From Mytilus trossulus (lineage: Eukaryota): a DNA stretch of 64,000 nucleotides. The translations under genes and the position numbers were made by a program. The stretch is taken from assembly GCF_036588685.1 (NCBI RefSeq), contig NC_086380.1, positions 15,686,001-15,750,000 of the forward strand, read 5' to 3'. Below are positions 53,901 to 64,000 of this stretch, piece after piece (within the stretch, counting starts at the first letter, position 1; each line of letters starts with the position of its first letter). The notes beneath the pieces were generated by a model, which ran no database searches, was not told where the DNA came from, and was given only the letters and a program-made list of their open reading frames with translations.

Positions 53901-56900
53901 TAAATTATATTGCATTTGGTTATCGTGCAGGAATTAAGCTACGATAATACTGATGAGTTAACAAAATACTGTTTACATAGTTGAGAGTTTTGAAACGACC
54001 AATTATACCGACTTTCCTTTTCGTTGTTTTCTTTTTTTGTTGTTTATTTCATTTTTTCGTGAACTGTAGGATTTTGAAACCAGTGGTGTTTTCCAAGGCC
54101 AATTCATTTTGGAACAGAGACACAAAGAAGAGGAAGAAAGATTACAACGATTTTTATTGGAGGAGAGAGAAAAAGAAATGAGAAGATTGGATGAAACCAT
54201 TGGTTACGAAAAAGAACGAGCAGCATCCGAGCTTCTGTCAAGTTTTGAGCAGATGTCTCTTTCCGGAAGTACTCCAAATTTAATGGCTGAGAGGGAAAGG
54301 ATAGAGGATCACTTCAGACGTATGAGAGAAGAAAAACTGAAAACAATGATGGACAAAATATCAACAGAGGAGAAAACTAGAACAGCAAAGATGCTGGATC
54401 GTCATGGATTTGAAATGATGCTGTTGATTTCGGAGAAGGTACGTACATACTTGTATTTAAATTTATAAGACGGGATATATAATGAATGCAACCCTAACAC
54501 AGCCAATTAACATGCTGCATAAAGTATAAAATAATAAATATATTAATAAAATTGAGAATGGAAATGGGGAATGTGTCAAAGAGACAACAACCCGACCACA
54601 GAAAAAAACAACAAAACAACAGCAGAAGGTCGCCAACAGGTCTTTAATGTAGTGAGAAATTCCCGCATCCGGAGGCGTCATTCAGCTGGCCCCCAAACAA
54701 ATATATACTAGTTCAGTGATAATGAACGCCATACTAGTTTCCGAATTGTACACAAGAAACTAAAAGAAGTAAAACTATATGGTGAATATCTTACGTGTGT
54801 ATTACATAGATTTAAATATAAGAGACAAAAAATTCAGATATACTAAGAAATATGTCAAAGGACATGTGCTGGTATTATCTGAATTGTTGACGAGAACCGT
54901 TGATTGATATTTTACAGTACCAACGTTATGTAGTGGACACATTTTATTCTGTCAAAGTATGAACATATTTTTATTGATTATCTATTATAGTTTACATTAT
55001 TCAGTGTATACTACTACTCTTTTCTCTGCCAGAGTAATTCTAAGTAATTTTCATTTGATATTTGTTTAATAGGACAAGGAATTTGACAGAACAGCCATCT
55101 ATGACCATTCAATGAAACCTGCAACAATGGCCCCAGAAACAAAGAAAGGAGAACTATATAAGTCACCAGAAGTTTTTGAACATTTTGATAAACGTGCTAT
55201 AGAGGTAAAGCTCTTGAAACGATATTTAAATTCAACTAAAGTCAATTAAATTAATAACACTATAGAAAGATAAAGAAGATGCTGCTACCTTTAAGGTGGT
55301 ATCCAACTAAAATTAATTTGGCTCGTTTAATTTTCATAAAATTTTGACAATCTATTTACTTTAACCCTTTCACAAAAAATAAACATTCCGTTGGTTTTCC
55401 CGTTTGAATAGTTTTACACTAGTAATTTTGGGGCCCTTTATAGCTTGTTGTTCAGTGTGAGCAAAGGCTCCGTGTTGAAGGCCGTACTTTAACCTATAAT
55501 GGTTTACTTTTTAAATTGTTATTAGGATGGAGATTTGTCTCATTGGCACTCACACCACATCTTCCTATATCTATTTCAAAAATTTTGAACCAATCGTTTT
55601 GTCAGAAAAAATACACTGTTTATATAGCAGTTTGACAAACACCAATTTTGATAATTGAGAAGCTTAATATTCCCTTTAGAACACAACGTAATTAAAACGT
55701 TTAGCTGACTTTACAGAGTTATCTTCCTGTAGTGTTAGGTACCACCTTAAATAAATATTCTGATATTTGTGGTTGTTTCGCCAGATAGTATCGCGATCAT
55801 AGTAATCAATACTCGTGTTGATTTGACATATCATTGATAAACTGATTGTTTATAAACTATTATTATAATGAATATTTTTCTACCATTGATTTCCATAGCC
55901 GTTTTGGCACAACTTTTCTGAAGTTTTGGCTGTTAATAATCTTGAACTTCGGATTTGAGTTGAACAGTTTCGGTTCGTTTGCATGTCACTGATGAGTCTT
56001 ATTTAAACGAAATGCACGTTTGGTGTATATAATTATTAGCCTGACATCTTTGATGATTCTTTTCTTCGTTTGCAGTGTGCCAATCAGGACTACGGTTCCT
56101 TTACAGATCTGATCAAGGATTTAACACGTGAATGTGAAACTGAACTTGAAAAGGCTAGGTTGGTATATGAAATGATTTTTTAGAGCCCTGTGTTCAAAAA
56201 GAAAAACAACAGAGAATTTTTTTTATAACAAATAAACCAACGTGTTAACTTAACTCCAGAATTTATTAACCTAACTGAATGTTTTCACTAAACGAAGTAT
56301 ACACTTAGATACTATGGCTTCATTTATTTTCGTGGGTACCAATTTTTGTGAATAAAGGTTAACATACATGTTTGAGGATATTGAATTTCGGGGTTTTGAC
56401 GAATTTTGCACACAAGCATTTGAAAACTTTGTTATTCGCTGAACGTTTAATTTCGTGGTTCATCGATGACAACGAATTATAATGAATCCCCATTATATAA
56501 TGAAATACTGTGGTTTAATGATTTGTCGCATAACCAATTTGAGAATTCTGAAAATAGCAATACATATTAAACACGAATACTAGTATATAGTGAATGTTAT
56601 GAGCGATAAACATAAATGAATTATTGCCGCAACCATCATTTAATAAATTATCAAAATGTACTTAATATATCAGCTAAACAAAAATCGTATATTTCTTCAG
56701 AACTGACTGTATTAAAACTGTATGGTTTTTTTCTCAGAGTTATATTTCGGTGGGTGATAGCCAAAGATCTGAGTAAACACAATGTAAATGAAATAATCAG
56801 ACCAAATATGCAAGCCATGACATTACTAAAGGGAGTACGGAGTGGTAAAGAGACATACCATCAACTCTTTAAAAAACTGTGCAAGTAAGTTTAACAAGAT

Positions 56901-59511
56901 TACTTTGAAATCAGATAAAATGAATCAAATGAGCAAAATAGTCCATAAGAGTTGTAGCATTGCAATATAATTTACATTGAGCTTTTGTACTGCTATAAAC
57001 TTTTATCAAAAAAATGATCAGTAGAAAGGAGGAATTCTATACATATCAATCATACAACATGTAAAAAGGATATTTACATAAAAAATATAAACACAAGCAC
57101 ATATTAATAGTTTTAGAACATTTAAAGAAAACGCCAACACATATAAATCATGCAATTTACATTTCAAATTCATAGCTCATATTTTATAAAGCATTGAAAA
57201 ATAAATGCATAAAATATCGGAAAAGTAGCCCTCCTGATGCACATAGAAAAATGAAGCATGTAAGAATTAGCAGTCAAAGGCCCAAATGTGACTTTGAGAT
57301 GAAGAACTGCAATAAAAGTGCTGTTCCTTTGCCCTAGTGTGTCTTTGCTGTCCTTGTTCTGATATTGTTTCATAGATGGATACGCCATATCCTTTGTTTT
57401 TATATTAAAACCTAGCACATTACAACGATTATAAAGCTGTAAAACCCATCATTTTTTTAAGTGGACATTGTCAATATAAATAAATGCAACAGTAGCATAC
57501 CGCTTTTCAATAGTCATAGATCGATAAAGCGAAAACAAATACAGGTCATGCACCAAACCGAGGTGAAAAATATCAGTGTTAAAAAGAAAACAACGGCATA
57601 ACAGAAACAATTAGCTGCTACAAAACAAACATAGGAACAGACTATTTGGTAACAACTCCCATTCATATGAGCGAATGGGTTTTAATTTGAATAGTGAAAA
57701 ATTGAATGGTTGCTGTTGAAACTTTATCTTAAAATCCTAAAGAGAGGGAATATATGAAAAATGTTACCAGGTAATTTGGTCAAGTCATATATTGGAGCAA
57801 AACGCATATTGAATCAAGAAAAATTATACAAAATTATTTCTGATTAATGTGCCAAACAGTGCATTGTTGTTCATCTTCTTTCTAGACTAAAGGGAAGGCT
57901 TTAAACAAAAAAAAACTTTCAGTAAGATCAAGGCGAGCAATAACAATATTTTGACAATCTATGTTGTCTGCATGCTATTTTAGCACAACATCTTATTCCC
58001 AAAGGTGACACTTCAAACGTTACTGAAATGCATAGGATGTTTAAGTGTTTCTCATGGGATGTTTAAGTGTTTTTAATCTTCGTGGTGTATCCTCCCAACA
58101 GTTTATACTTGTTTGAAAGTAATACATATTCTGTTACTTATTTTAGCCATTTATCAGTTTTGCAGGTCTGCATTGTGAAATTATTTTGGGATATTCCAAA
58201 GGTGCTGGTTACAAACCAGGAATGAAAATGGAAAGCGGGGCATTCAGGAATTCATGGACAGCGGTAGCAATCGATGGTAACTGGCGTTTTGTTAACTGCA
58301 CGTGGGCGGCACGTCATGTGTCAGGACATAAAGATGACTTGCCCGAAATGTTCCACAAATATGACGAATTCTATTTTTTGACTGATCCAGAGGATTATAT
58401 TTATCAACATTATCCAGATGATGCGTCATGGCAACTGTTAGACATACCACTTCCGTTTTCGGAATTTATTAATTTACCGGTTGTTAAATCTCCATTTTTT
58501 AATTACGGGTTAAAATTTTATTCAAACTATGGAGGAACGTTGACAACTGACACAGGAATGGTAGAAGTAAGAGTTGTGGCTCCGAAAATATTGGGTTTTG
58601 GATCTTTATTAGAGTCTTATGACAAATCTGTTGAATCGAGGTTACTTGAAGGTCGAATACTACTTCGTCATGTGAAAAACGAGGTAATATTTACTATCAA
58701 CTTGCCAAGACGTGGACTATATTATTTTTCTATTTACACTGGTGATTATTGGCATTCAGAATGCCTAGAAAGTGCTTGTTCTTTTCTTGTAAACTGTACT
58801 CGTATCATAGGCGAACCTGCGCCTGCGTATCCTCCGGTTCCGTTTTATGGACCAACTCCAGTTATGGAGAATCTTAATATATCTTGTGAAAACCAAGTGG
58901 ATCCACTGATTGTATCAAATGGACAGAATTTGGAGATAATATTTAAACTTGACAAGGAAAACAAAATAACCCACACTTTTCAGTTTTACGATACAAGTGA
59001 TGAATCAGTAACCGACATTGATCGCTACGTGTTTCTTAGGTCAAGAACGGACACACATGCAACTTATATGATTCGATGTCCAAGGGATGGTTACTACATA
59101 TTTTCACTCTATGCATCAAGTTCTGACAAGGAAGGTCAGACTTTAGATTGTGCATATCGTTATCTAATAATAAATCAGGAGGCTAACCCTACGGTGACTG
59201 TGTTCCCTAAAACCTACCATCGATGGCAGAGGTGCACACTCCACGAGCCAGTGTCAGGTGACTTGATGACGAACAAACGCTACATGTTTAGATTGGACGT
59301 TCCACAAGCAGTGGAAGTGTTCCTTGTAATAGGAGAACTTTGGTATCATTTAAAACGGAAGTTAGGATTTACTTGGGAAGGTAATATTAATACAGGGAAA
59401 ACACGTGGAACAGCAAAAATATATGCTAGATTTACAGCCGAAAGAGATGCATCAATATTTGCTCATTTGTTGGACTTTGAACTTGTAGATGATGGTGAAA
59501 CGGAAATATGA
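44904..59511 (+). CDS. Hil: Hillarin / LTD-1 / kyphoscoliosis peptidase-like protein (LIM + coiled coil + transglutaminase-like domain), 920 aa, 7 exons
   Basis: Exons 44904-45311, 53254-53523, 54070-54438, 55073-55204, 56076-56158, 56738-56884 and 58158-59511. All GT-AG and phase-compatible (2763 nt). LIM domain CX2CX16HX2CX2CX2CX23CX2H. Motifs ELEKARVIFRW, GYSKGAGY, NSWTAV and YDEFYFLTDPEDYIYQHYP. Extra exons in the 8-kb first intron cannot be excluded. Confidence 0.88.
46162..47121. repeat. 33-bp tandem repeat (CCGACTATCACTGCAATAGAGTACACCCTATTA), ~29 copies, intronic
   Basis: Direct periodicity; explains the 341-aa repeat ORF. Confidence 0.95.
50237..51285. repeat. 50-bp tandem repeat (TATTGTGTTCGAGTAACTACTATACATAGGATAACTAGTAAAATAAAACT), ~21 near-identical copies, intronic
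   Basis: Direct periodicity with very few substitutions. Confidence 0.97.
55295..55746. mobile_element. TTAA-flanked MITE (Kolobok-like) with a nested family C fragment
   Basis: TTAA|GGTGGTATCCAAC ... GTTAGGTACCACC|TTAA. Purine-purine termini with a TTAA TSD fit Kolobok better than piggyBac. Confidence 0.7.
55895..56060 (+). mobile_element. Diverged retrozyme copy with a type I hammerhead motif (55983-56026) in hillarin-like intron 4
   Basis: ATGTCA-CTGATGA-GTCT tattt AAAC-GAAA-tgcac-GTT-TGGTGT. The flanks align with the 12121-12404 element (TTTGGCACAACTTTT upstream, CCTG...CTTTGAT downstream). Confidence 0.75.
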
Positions 59512-60229
59512 TCTACTGTGGTTTTGCTTCTTGTTAATTAATTTCAACACGAATGTGCAATTTATTGATAGTTTTAATTGAGTTAATCAAATAAATTTAA
59601 AATGCCAAAAAAATGAAACTACTGATGTGTAGATTAAATGCTCATGAAAATTGTAACAAGAAGAACAAATTCAAACGAAGAGTTGAATAATTCATGCCAG
59701 TTTCCATACCCTTACAGAATTTGCAATGACGTTTTCGGTGAACTCGTTCAAAAATTTGGAAATATATGCATATTTATTTTGCATATAATTTTATAAATTA
59801 CGCAATAAGTATAAGTATAATACTCCCAGATATTTATCTTTATAAAATCTTAATAATTGTTACAAGCCCACGCATGAACATTAAGAAATTTGAGTTTAAT
59901 AATTTTTAAGCATTGCTAGCATGAATCAAATTATAACCTTCTGTTTAATAGAGACAAATAGTGCTATTTATAATCTTACAAAATATATACACCAAAATGC
60001 AATCATTTAATGCAGGATGTTGTCTAATATTGTTATTAAAATAACTGTGCTTAATTTATTAAATGGCAGCTTTGTTAATGTTGGTTATAATATTATGGAA
60101 TTAAATTTATATGTAATATTTTTTGTTTGTATTTGATCAGCACAGACACCTGGCGTAATATGTATCGTTAACTGAAATAAAAGTAATAAAATGAAAGAAT
60201 AAAACAATGAAACAATGAAAACTAGAGAT

Positions 60230-62930
60230 ATAGAAAAGTTTACATTTGGAAAGATGAAATCATCATATTTGTCATAGTAACTACTTTGGCGTCGTCCTTT
60301 TGTGTCAATAACAAGAAACAAATACATGAAGCAGACCTTTTTCTTCTGGTAAATGCTTTTATCCTAAGATCACTGGAATACATGGAGTGTAAAAATTTAT
60401 TGAACTATCATTTATCTACGTATTGAGTGACAACATTATCACTTTATCTGAAAGTTAATAAGACGCCATTTTTCGAGAAGGTTTTGTAAGATTTTTTTTC
60501 ATTACCATAATCCAGCCATTTGGGATGCACACTTATTTTTTACATTTTTTACCTATTATGTCTGTTTGTTTTGTTCACTTATCGTTGTCAGTATTATTTG
60601 ACTGTCATACAAGTTAAAAGTTTAGCTAGCAATAACACTAGGTTTATTCCACCATTTTCTACACAAGAAAATGTCTGTTACAAGTCAAGATATGACCGTC
60701 GTTATCCATTCATTTGATGTGTTTGAGCTTTATGATTATTTTAATTAGGTATCGTTCATTTTGATTTTTCCTCGAACTCCGGTATTATTGTTTTTGTCTT
60801 CCCTTTTAAGCATACATTGGAATACCGACTATCAGTTAATAAAACTCAACAAAAGTGTCGTCAACCCTACTGGCTGACCTGTTCTTGTGCTAACATGGAA
60901 TATAATTTCTTACAACCGATTCAAATACAAAACATCTTGCAAAGCTAATATATTTGTTGATGATTTTCTTCACTCGATAACCCATATTTCAGAGAGCGCT
61001 TGAATCTCATATTTTTGTAAACTCCAGTTAAGGAATATTATCGAGCAGCATATCTTGATATTTTCTTCGCTGTTGACACATATGAACGACTTCACGCAAC
61101 TAGAGTCAATGACAAACGTGATGCTTTCAACTTTCCACTAGTAACTTCTCATGTCGCAACAGTGACATACTACCTACTCCATCATAATGCGGTCAATATC
61201 TAAATTGAAATATTACGCTCGTGTTATTTTCACATGATATGGACTTCATTTTAAGTTTGAATCCTTACACAAATACTCTACGTCTATCATCACTAAGGAG
61301 GGTTTTAAGATACTAGAGGTACAGTAACACTAATAGATCAAAATTAAACTGATAACGCCATGACTAAAAATGAAGAAGACAAACAAAAATAATAGTACAC
61401 ATGCCACAACATAGAAAACTAAATACTTAAGTGTCCAGATTAGTGAATGCTAAATAATACATTATATAATAGACTAAAAACAATTTAACTTTCAGGGTTA
61501 TTTGCAATTTTAAAAGCGAAATATAATGGCTCTTGTTGTATTCCTTCAGTGTAAACTTTGCTGACTCCTTCATCATATCAGTAGCTTAAAAAATGAAGTT
61601 ATAGGACCAAATATCGCCACACTTTTCCTCACATCAAGACCATTATTTTTTTTAATCTTCATTATTTAAGTTTCTAAGTATTTTATCTCGCTTCGTGTGT
61701 CTACGTTAATGCCATACACTCTTATATTGTACTTCTTAAAATATGAAGTAAACTAATGGATAAAATGTTGAAATCATGGTCAAACTACAGATTTGAAATA
61801 ATCATAACATGATCACCAAAGACCAAACGCTTTCGTTTCTAAATCCCTGTAAATTTTTCACATATGTTCGTCGTCGTCACAGATAGCAAACTTTTAACAA
61901 AACAAGTTAAGGATAGATGAAGCGTTGAACTCGTATTTGCCGCATGAAATAGCCAACGAACATTTCTACTTATCATCTTTTTTTAAAACTTTCAAAATCA
62001 AATTATCTTATCATTATATCCTTGATAGACTGTAGCTGCTCACAAGGAAGTTATTAACCAAGAGTTTCTAGTGGTTAAGTTAAAATCATTCTTCGTTAAA
62101 TATATGCAAACAATCACGAGCTGATTAACCGCCATATAATCTCTCGTTTATAGATATGGCAACGGATATATTCCAATTTGTACTTCCATAAGAGAAGGAC
62201 GACAGATACCAGAGGGACAGTCAATCTCATAGATCGAAATTAAACTTACTATGCCATGGCTACGAAAGAAAAAGACAAACAGACAAACAATAGTACACAC
62301 GACACAGCATAGAAAACTAAAAACTGAGCAACACAATCCGACCAAAAAATACGGTGATCTCATGTGCTCCGGGATGGTTAATACATCCTGCTCCATATGT
62401 GGCACCCGTCGTGTTGCTCATGTTGTAACAAACAACCCGGTAAAAAGTCTAATTCGGTAGGCCACATTCGTGAAAAGAGAACGGGATTGTAGTTACGACA
62501 TAAGAAACATAGCCGATATTATCTGTGTAACGGATATTCCATAACGGTCAACCAACTCGTGATGGCGTCCGTAAAATTTACGAAGGGATGATTTCAACTT
62601 CACCATTTGGAACTCTTGATTTTATAGCTTCTTTGTAAGCAGCAACCCTCTATCAAGGAAATGGGGAAATACAGACCCGGGAATATCGTATCAATTAGGA
62701 GATATATAAGCAGGCCGATGGGTGCCCATGAAGAGCAGAATCTGCTTACTTTTCTGGAGCACCTTAGATTACCTAGAGTTTTTGATTGGGTTCGTGCTGC
62801 TCAGTCATTGTTTTTCTATGTTGTTTTGTGTATATTGTCGTGTGTCTTTTTGTCTTTTATTTTAGCCAAGGCGTTGTCAGTTTATTTTCGACTTTGAATG
62901 TTCCTATGATATCCTCCAGGTCTTGTTTTC
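60230..62930. mobile_element. Cluster of decayed Penelope-like (probably Naiad-type) retroelement fragments in both orientations
   Basis: Relic RT C-terminal peptides: YDKYDDFIFPNVNF (~60240-60280, -), AYLDI...DKRDAFNFPLV (~61050-61145, +), and LIRYSRVC/FLDRGLLLTKKL*NQEFQMVKLKSSLRKFYGRHHELVDRYGISV (62690-62530, -). The latter is followed by a 3' non-coding tail that is repeated in inverted orientation at 62710-62930. Confidence 0.7.
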
Positions 62931-64000
62931 GTTTTACTCTAGTTGACCAATGTAGTATAGTTTAATTCTGATTACTTAATCAAGGATATTGTAATTTTAA
63001 TGTCACCGTGACATAACAAACTACAATCCTGGTACTTTTGATAACTATATACTCATATCTCTTCATCAATAAAAAAAGATCGCCTAATTTGGAAAATTTG
63101 GTGGTTTGAATGACTTTTTCTTAAATGTTAGAAATTGTAGGGTCTTGTGCAGATAAGTATAATAAATAAAATGAAAATACAAAATCATTGAAATAGGATA
63201 GAACAATGGTTTTCTAAACAATAAGTTATAAGTAGTAACATAACGCCGTTATATCGAGAAGATTTAGTACAATGATTTTATCATGATTTGGTCATTGCTC
63301 CCTGAACGATTTCATTGGTTTTACTCAAATGATAAAAAAGTAAAATAAGATGCTTGATTTACTATTTCACGTCAATCTTTTAACATTAAAACTGTAGTTT
63401 ATCCAAAAAAGCATACTATCGACAATTTACATGATGTTGTTAAGTAATTGACATGGTTCAGATAAGTGCTTCAAAAGTTTTCCTGCTTTAGAACAAAAAT
63501 AAAGTTTATAAGTTTCACGTTAATATTGATAGACAATTTAAAGTTTTCTGAAATACACAATGTCATTTATACCAAAATGTTATCCCCAGTGTTAAATGCG
63601 AAACATTTCCATGTTCTATTGAATAGGCTTGTTTGTCTTTCCTCGTCTTTCGTTTTTTTGTACAATTTATCTTTTCAGTTTCTCTCTGATCGGTGAGTTT
63701 TGAATTTCCCCTTGGGTAAACGTTCTGCTTTGTCTTTTACAAAATATTTAACGGAACCATTGTACGACTAGACGTACTATGTTCTTAGATACGCTATAAT
63801 CAGCCGTCGCCTAAGGCATGTGCAGTGGCTGTGTATCTGTGTCCGGTTTTTTTATCCTGTTTGTTTGTTGACAACTTTAGCCAGTATAAAAGTCGTCATT
63901 TACTTGCAATATTCCGCATAACTGATCACATTCTATTTAGAATTAGGCATATATACATGTTTGAAAACAGAACTCAAGTATCTTTTCACTTCTTACCTAT

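Noticed and set aside
63020-63048. Retrozyme 3' tail (AATCCTGGTACTTTTGATAACTAT)
   Set aside because: Fragment only, with no ribozyme core.

Overview
AT-rich, repeat-dense, intron-containing animal DNA. The repeat families and hammerhead retrozymes suggest a bivalve, probably Mytilus-like (inference). 1-20 kb: a large inverted duplication (arms ~1-3.0 kb and ~10.5-15.1 kb) swollen by ATCAC-core minisatellites. Both arms keep three matching spliced-exon signatures, two with identical lengths, but no long ORF. 22-29 kb: two tandem insect-type arylalkylamine N-acetyltransferase (GNAT) coding exons separated by a MITE and satellites. 31-40.5 kb (-): a complete 10-coding-exon GDPD1/3-type lysophospholipase D gene (326 aa). 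43.3-44.2 kb (-): the ORF track splits this into two ORFs, but it is one uninterrupted 301-aa selenoprotein L CDS with two in-frame TGA codons (U-L-P-U redox motif), a hairpin spanning both TGAs, and a well-formed SECIS in the 3' UTR. 44.9-59.5 kb (+): a 7-exon hillarin/LTD-1-like gene (LIM + coiled coil + non-catalytic transglutaminase-like domain, 920 aa), head-to-head with SelL. Also present: two type I hammerhead ribozyme (retrozyme) copies, one apparently supplying an intron branch point, several MITEs, and relics of Penelope-like and CR1/L2-like retroelements. All coordinates were read by eye; no searches were run.
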